DNA of 55,557 nt from Macrostomum lignano (taxonomy: Eukaryota), in assembly GCA_002269645.1 (NCBI GenBank), contig NIVC01004202.1:1-55557 (forward strand). Reading direction: 5' to 3'. The translations under genes and the position numbers were made by a program. A model generated the notes under the pieces. It did not search any database. It saw nothing but the letters and a program-made list of their open reading frames with translations, and was not told where the DNA came from. Numbering within the stretch: the first letter of the stretch is position 1; every line of letters begins with the position of its first letter. Below are positions 27,849 to 39,402 of this stretch, in pieces.

Positions 27849-29734
27849 CAAGAACAATATACCCCTCACAACAGAGTGAGAAAGATGGAGCCCATGACGA
27901 CAAAATTTGTCTCCTGTCATCAATTTTCAAGTATCTTCGCAAAAAATTCTATTGTCGACTTTAGATGAGCTTCTTGGGTGAAATCTAGAGGGAATTTGTT
28001 AGTTTTTATGTTACTTCGTTACCTTTTTTCTTATGAACGCTGCAGCAGAAAGTATGCGGATACTTCAAGTTGAAACCTCGAACAATGCCTTGCAGACAGC
28101 AGCGCCGGCAGGAACGGCTCACTTCAGCACGCTTGGATAGAGATGACCGGCTGCTACCTGATCGAGGCTGCCGGTGCCAGGGGCGGCCGAATCACCGGAT
28201 CGGGCACTCTGGGCGGCAAGGGTGCCCACGTGAGCGCCAGAGTGAACCTGACAGTTGGCACTCAGCTGACTATCGTTGTTGGTCAGATGGGCGGCTCCGG
28301 TAGGCAGCAATTCGAAGGCGGCGGCGGTGGCGGCGCCAGCTTCGTGTACCGGAGCTCCGACCAGATGCTGCTGCTGGCTGCCGGAGGAGGCGGAGGTTCT
28401 ACGTTTAATAGCCAAGGTATGATAAAAATTGCGGTACGCCTAACTGTTTTATGTCTACTACAGAAATACAGAATTTCTCAAATTTACATGTAGGTGTACT
28501 TTTAATTTCACAGATCCCAAGCCTCAATGACCTACTCAATGCACTCTCAAATCCTTCAATTTCGCTGCGAAATGCACCGGCGAGATGGAAAGTTTCCAGT
28601 TTTTCAGTACTGAATTCTCAATTTCTCACCTTCTGGACTTTCCAATCGCAAATTCAGCCAGCAGGTGTTTTGCCCTCAGAAGTTTATCAAGCTGTTTTTT
28701 CATGAACTGCTGCCGGAGATCGACAAATTCCAGCTGCTCCTGTCTCTGCAGTGTTTTTTTCACTAAACGGATTTGTCTATGGCAAATCCCCATTCAGCGC
28801 TGTGCAAAATGGCAAATCCTGCTACATGCTAAATGAAAGCCACCAAAATGTTTTTGATTAGGACGTCCCGGCGAACTCGGAGCAAACGGCTCAGACAGTA
28901 GAGGCTTCAACATAGACCCAAGCATCTATGGATTCGGGGGCGCTAACGGCCAGCCCGGATTCAACAATCCAACATACAGTCCACTGGGATCAAACCACGG
29001 CGGCTGCGGCGCCGGCTGGCTGGGCAAGGCGGTCAACCCCAGACGGAGCTCCTTGGATGGCGAGGGAGGCGGCGGCCTGGACGACGGCTGGGTCGGCGGC
29101 AGCGCCGGAAACGATAGCGTCGGCGATGGCGGCTTCGGCGGCGGCGGCGGGGCCGGCTGCTTGACCGAGACCGCCAAAGGCGCGCCTGGCGCTGGCGGCG
29201 GATTCAGCGGCGGCGGAGCCGGCCTCGGCTACGGTCAGGTCGGCGGCGGCGGCGGCTCCTTCTGCCTGGGCGGCTGCGCCTCCGGCCTGCTGTGGACTGG
29301 CGATCACGGCTTCGTGTCCATCCGATTGGATGGCGCTGCCGCCACCTGCACCTGAGCGACGCACCGCCTCGGCAAACCGAGCGAAAATGGACAAACCAAA
29401 CGGAAAAACGCTAAGAAACACGTGATCCCAATGCTGACTCTAAAAATAACAAAGAAACTTGAACTCACTAACAGCAAACTGAAGAAATTCCTCTGCAAAT
29501 CTACCACCGATGTGTGTTTACGTTTTGGTCCAACTGTTCAAACTGAAGAAAAGTCGAGACAAATGAAAAGCAAACTTTAGCAACTGAATGTAGATTTCTT
29601 TTTAAATGCTTTATCATAAGAAAAACAAATTGTATCAAACTGAAAACTCAAGCAGTCAAATAAATTTATCTCAAATAATAATCCTGAGACTTGCAAGCTC
29701 CGCTATTTTCAACTCTCGGTCAAGTGGTCGCTGG

Positions 29735-30550
29735 TCACAGGCTCATCGTGCACTGCAGGAAATCGTCGTACGTGAACTGGCAGGTGCCGGTTTCACTGCC
29801 ATTGTGCTGGTACTGATCGCGGGCCCGGAAGGACTCTGTGTAGGCGCGCAGACGCACCGACAGGTTTACGAAGTCGTCGAATGCTAGCAAGCAGCGACCG
29901 TCGTTCATGGCTCTCGAGTAGCGTTTGAGCAGCACCGTCATCGCCTGCGGCGACAACATGTAGTGAAAATGATTAGTGATGATATTGTGCAGCTCGTGAG
30001 CTTCAATATAGCCGCTACGGTTGCGATCGAAGTCCTGGAAGGTGCGGTGCCAGTAGACCAGACAGGTGAGCAGTTCGCTGAACTCGTCATACTGCATGAT
30101 GCCGTCGCGCGATCTGTCCATCATGGCCAGCATGACCCTGCACAGCTCCAGGGACCAGGTGATCCGGTAGTAGTTGCGGATGCTGGGGTGCTCGTTGAGG
30201 ATGCGGCACAGCTCGTGAGCCTGGATGCCGCCCAGTGACGGTGACGAGTAGTGATGGAACATGCTCATGAATTCGTTCTCGCTTCTAAACTGGAAACTCT
30301 GTGCTCACAGTAAGAAATATGGAAGGAAGAGTTGGATTGCTGTTTAAACGGTGCAACAATAGCAACTATGAGCTTCCAGATACGCTCGATTGCAGCTGCT
30401 CACCTGCCATGGGTTTATGCGACTGTAGACATTCTGCACCATGTGCTGTCCGTAGCTTCCATAGTACTGGCTATTCTGGTAGGAACCCATTCTCTGCTTG
30501 TAGGAGCCGTGAGCCTGGCTTGCCAGCGCGTGGAAAAGGAACTTCTTCAT
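29735..30550 (-). CDS. Sorcin/grancalcin-like penta-EF-hand protein, paralog B; exons 30550-30404 and 30298-29735
   Basis: Gly/Tyr/Gln-rich N-terminus; LELCRVMLAMMDRSRDG, FDRNRSGYIEAHEL, YDDFLQCTMSL; 105-nt phase-0 intron. Confidence 0.9.
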
Positions 30551-31132
30551 GATTTCGGTAACTTCTGGAAGGGTAGTTTTTCAATATTATAAAAATGCGA
30601 TGAGAGGGTTTAAGCTACGAATTCATGTATGGAATGCTTCAATTTTATATTGCTATAATCTCGCAAGCAGAGCCTCTATCGTCTAGATCAGTTCAAAAAG
30701 CTTACCTATTCTTAGAATGACACGCGTCCTCAGGAGCAGCGGCTGTGAAACTTTTGTATCAATTTCTGAACATTTTTAAACGTCAAAATTCGATAAACCT
30801 TTAAAGAATCGCCAAAGGAAACATAGGTTTGCCATAGACAGAGAGTTCTCTGAATTTCCTGGTGTTGTGTCCAATCGACAGATACTACTCGTAAATACAC
30901 TAGTTGTTTCACTCAACTACGAGTTTATATTTAGCAAAACTACTCTGTTCGGTAGTAGCGTAAAAAGCAACATTTATTTAGTCCATTAGCTTCACTAGTG
31001 TATTCTGATCCACAGCCAAGCTTGGCCCACAGATAATAAAACACTAGATATTTCACGCTGCATTGAGTTAAGCCATTTTTTGTGTTATAGTCTATGGCTC
31101 AACAAAGTGTCTACTCTTTGGGTGAGCGTCAA

Positions 31133-31207
31133 GGGGGGCCGTAGCCCAGCGGTAGCGCAGCTGCTCTGGTGTGCCAGCGACCCAGGCTCGATTCCAAGTG
31201 CAGTCAC
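31133..31207 (+). mobile_element. tRNA-derived fragment (SINE head or tRNA pseudogene)
   Basis: GGGGCCGTAGCCCAGCGGTAGCGC (A-box like) ... GGCTCGATTCC (B-box like); stems imperfect. Confidence 0.5.
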
Positions 31208-31471
31208 ATTTGACAATCAATTTTACAAATATGATTAATAATAATATCTATTTTGTCATGTCAAAAATAAAGCAAATATACGCGTGTGCCATTGGACAGA
31301 GAGTAGCAAGATATCAGCACCCATTTCAGTTTTGGCATTGAAGCCTCCATTTAAGCCAGGGCTTATCCCGAACTCTTACTCTCTCTTTGATGCTTGGCTC
31401 ACCAACAACTCCCAATTTACCTTTGGAATTTCAGCAACAACCATGAGACACAGCATTTCAGCGATTCAGCA

Positions 31472-31773
31472 GTTGTTACAGCACCGACTTTGGCGTTGTT
31501 ATTACAGCACCGACTCTATGGTTGTTACAGCACCGACTCTATGGTTGTTACAGCACCGACTCTATGGCTGTTACAGCACCGACTCTATGGTTGTTACAGC
31601 ACCGACTCTATGGCTGTTACAGCACCGACTCTATGGTTGTTACAGCACCGACTCTATGGTTGTTACAGCACCGACTCTATGGTTGTTACAGCACCGACTC
31701 TATGGTTGTTACAGCACCGACTCTACAATGGTTGTTACAGCACTGCCTCCAGAGTTGTTACAGCACCGACTCC
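31472..31773. repeat. 23-bp minisatellite, about 13 copies
   Basis: Unit GTTGTTACAGCACCGACTCTATG. Confidence 0.97.
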
Positions 31774-32236
31774 AGGGTTTTTTGAGGTAACAAAAGCAAA
31801 CAAAAGCAAAAGATCACAAGCCTAAATGAGATTGAGAAGCTAACATCAAAGTAAGCAAGGATTCTAAGATGATGCAAAAATTTAGTGGGCACCCATAAGT
31901 CAAAATGGACTGTTTAACAACTTGCTAATTTACTGAAACTTATAGAAAACTAAAAATATAACAGCCTTTTTCATTGCCTTCTTGATATATTTCAATAAAC
32001 AGGGTGCAAACCTGGTGCTGATGCGTTGTACAAGATAGCCAGGCCTCGCTCACAACTTAAAAAAGCTGTTATCATTGAAAGCTACTTAACCAGAGCAACG
32101 AACTCTACAAATAAGTAGCTCTTAGAATTCAAAGTAAGTTTGCTATTGCAAACCATGAGTCACATAGATCCTATCTCGTACGTAAAAGATAGACGTGTCA
32201 ACAATTCTTAGAAACTGTTAGTAGGCAGAACCAATT

Positions 32237-35200
32237 TCACAGGCTCATTGTGCACTGCAGAAAGTCGTCATAGGAGAACTGGCAGGTGCCGGTCTCGCCG
32301 TTGTGCTGCATCCGGTCGCGGGCTCTGAAAGCCTCCGTGTAGGTGCGCAGACGCACCGACAGGGTCACGAAGTCGTCGAAAGCAACCAAACAGCGCCCGT
32401 CGTCCATGGCCTTTGAGTAGCGCTTGAGCAGCATTGTCATGGATTTGGCCGACAGGCGGTACAGAAACCGACTGCTGATGATGTTGTGCAGCTCGTTAGC
32501 CTCGATGAAGCCGCTTCTATCGCGATCGTATTCCTGGAAGGTGCGGTGCCAGTAGAGCAGGCAGGTGAGCAGCTCTCTGAACTCGGCGTATTGCATGACG
32601 CCATCCCGCGATCTGTCCAACATGGCCAGCATGATTTTGCACAGCTCCAGCGACCAGGTGACTCGGTAGTAATTGCGGATGCTGGGGTGCTCGTTGAGGA
32701 TGCGGCACAGCTCTTCAGCCTGGATGCCGCCCAGACTCTGAGACGAGTAGTGCTGAAACATGCCGATGAACTCGTCCTCGCTGTTGAACTGGAAGCTCTG
32801 AAAGTGATAAATAAGATTATTTTGCATGCTAAAGTACAGTAAACTACAAGTACAGATGATAAAATTATTGGGGCTTGTAAAAGTGTTTGCCGGAAATTTG
32901 CTGTTGGTTAAGACCCATTTCGGACATGCAGAGATACTTTACTAACAGTAGTATGAACCGAACTTTAGAGCATATATAATGGTTGACTTTTTATTGGAAA
33001 TGAATGCTGTTCACCTACCGCTTAGGTGCGCGTACTTCTGCAGATTTAGGGGTGCACGTTCTATGATATTAGAGGTGCAAACTGTCTATAAATAAGAAGT
33101 GCTTTATTAACCTTCGCCTGATGGCAATAAATATCGAAATCACGCGTCACGCTGCCTACAACAGAGTCGCTTCTTATGTAAAATTGCTCAGTTCAGCGTG
33201 TTGATCAAGTACACGGTCTGGCCGGCTAATTTACAATCGGAAATATGGAATGGTCTTGCTAGGCTGCGCTATCTTATCCAATCACAGCAGCCAATCAAAA
33301 TGAGGCTACGCGATACTCTTCCCTCACCCCTTGGCCTGCATTAATAATTCTAGCCACCTTCTAACTCATCGGGTGTCAAGTCACTGCAGCTGAAAGAATA
33401 AGCTAGTGGAAGTTACTGAAGCGACTGTCACAATGGCCGACCAACCGCAGACTGTGCCGCTGTTCAAGCAGCACCAAGACGAGAGTCTGTGGCGGGCTGA
33501 CCAACTGCTGGCCGCTCTGCCTGACGAATATTTCCCATCTGGCGCTGCGAGCAGCAGCACACCGCAATGCCGCTGCCACCTTAGCAGACATTCCTCCCAG
33601 CCATTAGGGCTTCTACAGAACTACCCGCAGTCTCCGGGCAGCCTGAGCTTCAGCTGCAGCAGCTTGCTCAGCTTCTCCGATTCCACGGACGCCAGCAGCC
33701 GCAACGCAGACGAGAAACAGCTGGCCGAAGCGGCGCGCCAGTTCAGCCTCGCGCGACGCGAGGAGACGCAGCTGCGCGGCCAGCTGGCTGACCTGGACGA
33801 TCGGTTGGCGCGCCTCCGTGACCGAGCCGGCGGCGAGCGGGCTTGCATGCTTCTGACGCTCCGCCGCGTGTCTGTCGAACGGCTGCTGGCCGGCCTGGCC
33901 TCCAGGGCCGATGCCAAAGCCAAAGAAATTGCTGCTTTGAAGGAGCAGCGGAAACTAAAAGAAACTAATAGAAAAGGTAGCAATTGTGACGATAAAAACT
34001 TGAGCGACAGCGGCAGTGACAGCGAAACTTCGGATGACTTCTAGACCAATTAGAGTCAGGTAATAATTCAATCACCATTGAATCCGATTCGAATTCGCGC
34101 CAAAATGGACAGTGTGTTTGGTGTGTTTAAATGTTTTGTTTTGTTTAACCATGTCCATTGAATAGCATTATGGCGTTTATTTAAATTGAATTTCAGCCCA
34201 TACTTTCAATGTAAGTTTTGCCGTGTCAATTGTTGTCAACTCAATATTCGGTCTTTGTCTTTGTTTTGCCATACACGATAGCAACATGAAGGAATGTTCA
34301 ATTGTTTTTAAAACAGTTAAATTTTTGTTTTAATCCATGGTTTTATTCTGCTAATAAGCAGATTTTTAATTGTTTTGCTCGCTGGGTCAGGCTGAAATCT
34401 GCTTAAAAATCCTTTGATTTGTTTGACTATTTGACTAAATCAAGCCTGAGCTGTGGGCTGACTAAACGCTGTTCCCATGTAAATAAAAATTTGTTTTTGT
34501 TTTGCTAAGCCTGGTCACTGTTTTTACGTATTATGCATCCTGGCATATTTTATTGTCATATTGCTATGTTGCATTCTTTGTCTTCCAGAGGAGAGCTTCG
34601 CTTCCTCAGGTTGCTGTCGACAGTTTTATGCAATCCTAATACTCTTTCATTCTTTTTAATAGCTATCGTCATCGTACAGCTTCTCGAAGTTTGAGAATTG
34701 TACTAAAATGGAATTCGAATAAAACTACTTAGTTTGGATCCTTGGCTTCAGGTCTCTACCACCAAATGCAAAGTATAAGTGCGCAGCTGCTATTTATTGC
34801 CCCAATTGGTATAATTAGTATTTCGCATGGAGCTAAAAATAGAATTGCCAAATAATATAAACTGCCGCTGCAGCAGTACGGATTCAATTTAAGTTACCCC
34901 GCTTTTGTTTTATTGATTTCAATTTCAGCCAGCGAAGAGGCACGCTGACCCCTGAGCAGTTTCATGTAAGGCAAGCGGGCACACAGGATGTACATCGGCC
35001 CTGATTTTCTAATCAGGGGTTGGCCCTCGTGGGCGGGCCAATTTACGAGCACAAGCCTAAAATTTGAGGGTTCGAACCCGCGGACGCCCGTTAACTGCCC
35101 CAGCAGTATTTCTTTTTTCTTCAAAGAATTCATGTAAGCACTTGTAATTTTTCTCCTTTGATGGCTGCTGATGATGAATGTACCAGTCAGCATTAAGAGC

Positions 35201-35612
35201 AAAGTGTCCTGTTCCATCTCATGGACAGCTGAAGTAGAAGGACGTTACATTCAATTTTCTTAGAAATGAGCTGGAAGCTGGTAAGAAACGAATATACTTA
35301 CACCAGGGGTTGGTGCATTCTCGCGCCTTACTGTTCCTTAGCGCTCTCCAGCTCATTTCTAAGAAAAACGAGTGCAGTGTCTTTCTACTTCAGTTGTCCT
35401 TGTCCTATCCAGCTACAGCTACAAAAATGGGAATGAGATGACCTGGAGTACTATAGCAAGTAGCAACTCACCTGCCAAGGGTTGGCTTGGCCATGGACAT
35501 TCTGCGCCATGTTCTGTCCGTAGCTGCCGTAGTGCTGGCTATTGGGATTGGCGTGCTGCATCTGCTGCTGCTGCTGGTAGAACTGCGGATCCTGCTGCGG
35601 CCAACCCAGCAT
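32237..35612 (-). CDS. Sorcin/grancalcin-like penta-EF-hand protein, paralog A; exons 35612-35472 and 32797-32237
   Basis: Exon 1 MLGWPQQDPQFYQQQQQMQHANPNSQHYGSYGQNMAQNVHGQANPWQ|GTGAGT matches exon 1 of paralog B; same phase-0 intron position; PEF core highly similar to paralog B. Confidence 0.9.
33433..34044 (+). CDS. Nested antisense single-exon ORF encoding a coiled-coil protein of unknown function (about 203 aa)
   Basis: GC-rich ORF amid AT-rich intron; heptad-like E/Q/L/R/A segment; acidic Ser-rich tail. Confidence 0.6.
   Translation: MADQPQTVPLFKQHQDESLWRADQLLAALPDEYFPSGAASSSTPQCRCHLSRHSSQPLGLLQNYPQSPGSLSFSCSSLLSFSDSTDASSRNADEKQLAEAARQFSLARREETQLRGQLADLDDRLARLRDRAGGERACMLLTLRRVSVERLLAGLASRADAKAKEIAALKEQRKLKETNRKGSNCDDKNLSDSGSDSETSDDF
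35255..35367. repeat. 21-bp perfect inverted repeat with 71-bp spacer
   Basis: TTTTCTTAGAAATGAGCTGGA ... TCCAGCTCATTTCTAAGAAAA. Confidence 0.9.
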
Positions 35613-36604
35613 TCTTAAGTGTTTCTTGGAATGGCGAATTTGATTTTAAAATTTGACAAGTAGCTATATTAACTCCGATTCCGAGATAGGGCATTTAATA
35701 CAAGCTGGAACAGTATTTTAGAAACTTGTGCTCACCTGCCTCCCCGCCCCGCTCTCCACAATGCTTGGGTTGCCCATGGCAACGCGCGCGGTTGGGGCAG
35801 AAAATCTCTGAGCACAGGGAGAGAGGCTTGAGACGTACAATAGAATGTATGCTCATCGACTATAGTGTACATTTCTGTCCAAATGTACAGCTTAAAAGAG
35901 CATGGACGTTGGTACAATTGTTAAAACACACATAGACATTTCTCTTCATAATCTTTAACAGGCTTGTAGCTGGTATGAACAATTTTATCATGTCTCATAG
36001 AAATGGCTAGAGGTGTGCTTTTTAGTTATGGTTTTAGCTTTGGGAGCTTTGGGAGATGAGTTGATAAAGAAGTATAGGGAGTATAAACATGAGAAAGATG
36101 AAGGAGTAGAAACATGAATGCACTTTTGTCAAATTCGAAAAGCAAATGTGAGCTGTTTCTTAAAGACAATATTTTTCTGAAGAGTTGAGTTACTTTGCCC
36201 ATGCTGTCTGTACTCGTACAAGCGTACATGAAAAATTCAAGGCACAATCAGCTCAAGTTCAGGTTGAATTGAACCGACCACCTGCGGCGAAAATATTTTG
36301 AGTCAGCCAGTGCAGCAGTCATGTGTGTTGTAGATGGAGACAAAAAGAGACAAATAATTTGTAGCAGACAGCTTCTTCCTCCCACCATCCAAACAAAATG
36401 TGAGTGTAGGGGCCCGTAGATTGGCTCCTGTTTTAGTCGATATTGTAGAGTAAAAAAATCACCGTGAGGCCGTGCCTCACAATGCCCCTGCGCTCTCTGC
36501 CTCTCTTCTCCCTGACGCTGGTTCATTCTGGTCTGTCATAAGCTGCCATTCTATTTATTTTTCTCGTTTTCATTTTCATCATTAGCTGGCGTCTTTTTGT
36601 CTCT

Positions 36605-36817
36605 CTCTATCTCGTTAGGCACCTGATTGGCTAGAGTTCCCCCTTCTTTCTCTCTCGTTTGGGCTTGGGCCCGTCCAATCATGTCTCTCGCCGCGGAGGC
36701 ACCTGATTGGCTAGAGTTCCCCCTTTCTATCTCTCTCGTTTGAGCCAGTTCAATCACGTCGTCTCTCGCCGCGGAGGCACCTGATTGGCTAGAATTCCCC
36801 CTTTCTATCTCTCTCGC
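36605..36817. repeat. Three about 79-bp direct repeats, each with a reverse CCAAT box
   Basis: GGCACCTGATTGGCTAGA(G/A)TTCCCC at about 36618, 36698 and 36777. Confidence 0.85.
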
Positions 36818-37504
36818 GCAAGTCCCTCGCCCGGCTGTCGGCCTTCCTGCTCTGTCTACCCCCCCCCCCTAGCCCTACGCGTGTTTAAGTTAAAATGAAA
36901 CGTTCAACTGAAGTATAGAAGCAAAGTCAGCCCTTCATGAGCGGGTCAAGTGACCCGTCCCGGTAATACAGTGTTTACTTTTCATTTATTTATCCTATCT
37001 CCTAAACTCTTCCCTCCCATCGCGGTTCACTCGGCCGCGGGTCTGTGAAGTATCCGTACGCCTCCAGACCCGTGTCCACCTCTCTGGTGCTGCTGATTGG
37101 CTACCTGCTTTCAGCCTCATCATCCAAACCTCCCTCTTGCCCAGGGCATTCCAGCACCAGAACGCCGAACACCCCGACACTTATTACTGCTAAGATGTAT
37201 TCGAGATGACATCTCCGGAAGACTCCGATGAGAAGCAACCCGATTCAGTGGAGTGGAGCGGTGGATGTCGGTGCCGTTTGATTTAAAAACCAACTCAATA
37301 CTAGCCGAATGTCTCGAGGTCCCAACCCAAAAGCAACAATAATCAAACTTCCAAGTCAAAAGGCATACTCATTTTTGAATGCTTGAAGGTTGCTACAGAC
37401 AACTTAAGAGTTTTATTGATTGCTCGGGTTTCCATCACAGCCGTTCAGGCTCTAAAAATTACTGCTTTCAGTTCACTTTCATTCTGCAGTTGCCCCCAGC
37501 TCAG

Positions 37505-38293
37505 CTACAGCGTGTAAGCCTCGATCTCGCAAATGGTCAGGTATCTGCTGAACACGCTGACTCGAACTCGGCTGCCGATGGCGTTGCAACTGAAGCTGGC
37601 CACAGAGAACGACTCCGTCAGGTTCACTCGGTTGCACTCGACGCCGTCCACCAGCAGCGATAATTTGTTGAGTCGGCCAGCGCAGCAGTCCTGCCGGTTG
37701 TAGATGGTGACGTACGAGACAAGCGATGGAGCGGCCAGCTGCTCCTCCCACCATTCGATTGGATTGTTGTCGGTGTGGCTGCAGGACAAGTGCGTGTAGT
37801 TTTGGTTCCTGTTTCCGTCAATTGCTCGATCGCAAACGCTCGATTCGATCGTTGTGCTCTGCTTGCAGCTTCAAATTTTAGCCGAGTTTATTTCTGTGAG
37901 TCTGGAAATTATATGCGGTCAAAGTACTTTGTCCCGCTAGCTTGTCGGGCAAAATTAATGTACACAATAATTCGCACAGAGTGCATGACGTCTTACCGAC
38001 AATCTTGGTGTACACATCGCATGACTCCGAGACCTGCCAGCCATCCGTGCTGCTGAATGCCAGCCGGTCAAAGAATCGGCACAGACCCTGCAGCCAGCCG
38101 AAGCCGAAGCAGGCGCGGGCCTCAAAGCGCAGAGCGTAGCGCAGTTCATTGAATCTCTGCCAGGCAGAGACTCCATGGCAACTGGAGTCAAGGTGCTGCG
38201 CAGTTTGACCACCATGAATTGGATGTGAACGGTCATGGCAAATGAAACTTCCAATGTAGAGCATAGCAGCAGCGGCAGCAGAATTAACTTCAT
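37505..38293 (-). pseudogene. Secreted PAN-like + F-type lectin (fucolectin/FTP) gene; exons 38293-37997 and 37893-37505; one frameshift (about 38115) and one in-frame TGA (37871-37873)
   Basis: Signal peptide; exact fucose-binding motif H-X26-R-X-D-X4-R (SHT...NRQDCCAGR); KQSTT...RAIDGN; phase-1 intron. Confidence 0.8.
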
Positions 38294-39041
38294 TTTTAGT
38301 CAGCAGAAGCTTGTGCCAGTGTCATGTCCAACATAGGCGGAAGCAAACGGTTTGCTTTATAGAGTTGATGTTTTCACGTGACGATCATTTCTCTTCCAGG
38401 CTGCCCGTGGAAGCATGGCCGCGTGAGTTTGCTCAATAAGGATGCTACACAGCTACATGTATAGTGAGTGTGATTGGCGGGCAGTCTTGCTATGTAAACG
38501 AAAATCGCGTGAACAATAGCTTGAAGCTAGCTGCCTCTAATGGATGGGTACAAAGCTTTTAGGCCAAACAACCAATGTTTCAACTGTCAAATATTAGCTG
38601 TGACAGCCGTGTGCGAGCTTGTTGTCGCCATGACAACTCAAACTATACGAACACAACGAGAATTACAACAGAAGTAGATGGAGGATCGTGTAATGTATTC
38701 AGTAATTCGCTAAAATGTCTGCTGTAAGCAACAATGAATTAAACTGCATAAAAATTATAGAAATTAGAAGCCATCGTTGTTATCTGGCGGTACTAGTTGT
38801 TTCAAGAAACACCTACCTCTGTTTGGCCGCTGAAATACCGTTGACCTATCGGAATTAATGTGTAAGCCTCCGTATTTTGTAGGCACCAACCCTGACAAAG
38901 TGAGCTAAGTTAAACGGGCCACATTTGAATGCCATTGTTTAGCAATTTGACGATCATTATTCACATTTTTAATGCAGAACAATACATTACTACAAACAAT
39001 GCATTGTCTGTAGGATCGTCAAACAGAAAAACAATGCAAAG

Positions 39042-39136
39042 AATCAGCGGTCGCAGCACGTGACAACGATTTGTCTATGGCTCGCGCCTACCGGCGCTCG
39101 CCAGACAATCGTTGTCACGCACTGGGACCGCTGATT
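39042..39136. repeat. About 95-bp near-perfect palindrome/hairpin
   Basis: AATCAGCGGTCGCAGCACGTGACAACGATTTGTCT pairs with AGACAATCGTTGTCACGCACTGGGACCGCTGATT; inner GCGCC-TACC-GGCGC. Confidence 0.9.
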
Positions 39137-39402
39137 ATTTATCCATTGGCTAGCTAGTAAAAATAGAAATTACATGTGGGGTAATATTACAATAAAAATT
39201 ACAATGGGGTAATAGAAATTACCCCATATCAATGCCAGGTGGACCCAGTAGCTGACCAGACAATTTCAGACCACAGACTAAACTCATGCCGAACCGAAAT
39301 GAAAAATTGTTGCCGTCGTCTGATTATAATTGCAGTGTGAGTTCGCGACTTATATTGTTCTTACATTCCTTAAGAATAGCAGAATAAGTGCTAGAGATTT
39401 AG

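Larger units (their letters stand above)
26520..29355 (+). pseudogene. Secreted PAN-like + ALK/LTK-type glycine-rich domain gene; exons 26520-26565, 27197-27475, 28049-28416, 28862-29355; disrupted at 28138-28142
   Basis: All three introns are phase 1 with canonical sites. Signal peptide MLSDILLCAVAFQLVAGATA; TGCYLIEAAGARGG...LTIVVGQMG...GGGGGASFV...LLLAAGGGGG...GHGFVSI-type motifs. FSTLG is followed by TAG and a frame change. Confidence 0.75.

Noticed and set aside
28990-29421. Ala-rich minus-strand ORF
   Set aside because: Antisense shadow of the Gly-rich (GGC) exon.
31284-31825. LLQHRLYGCYSTD repeat ORFs
   Set aside because: 23-bp minisatellite cycling through frames.
37871-37873. In-frame TGA as selenocysteine
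   Set aside because: Not a redox or conserved Cys position, no SECIS recognised, and the gene has an independent frameshift.
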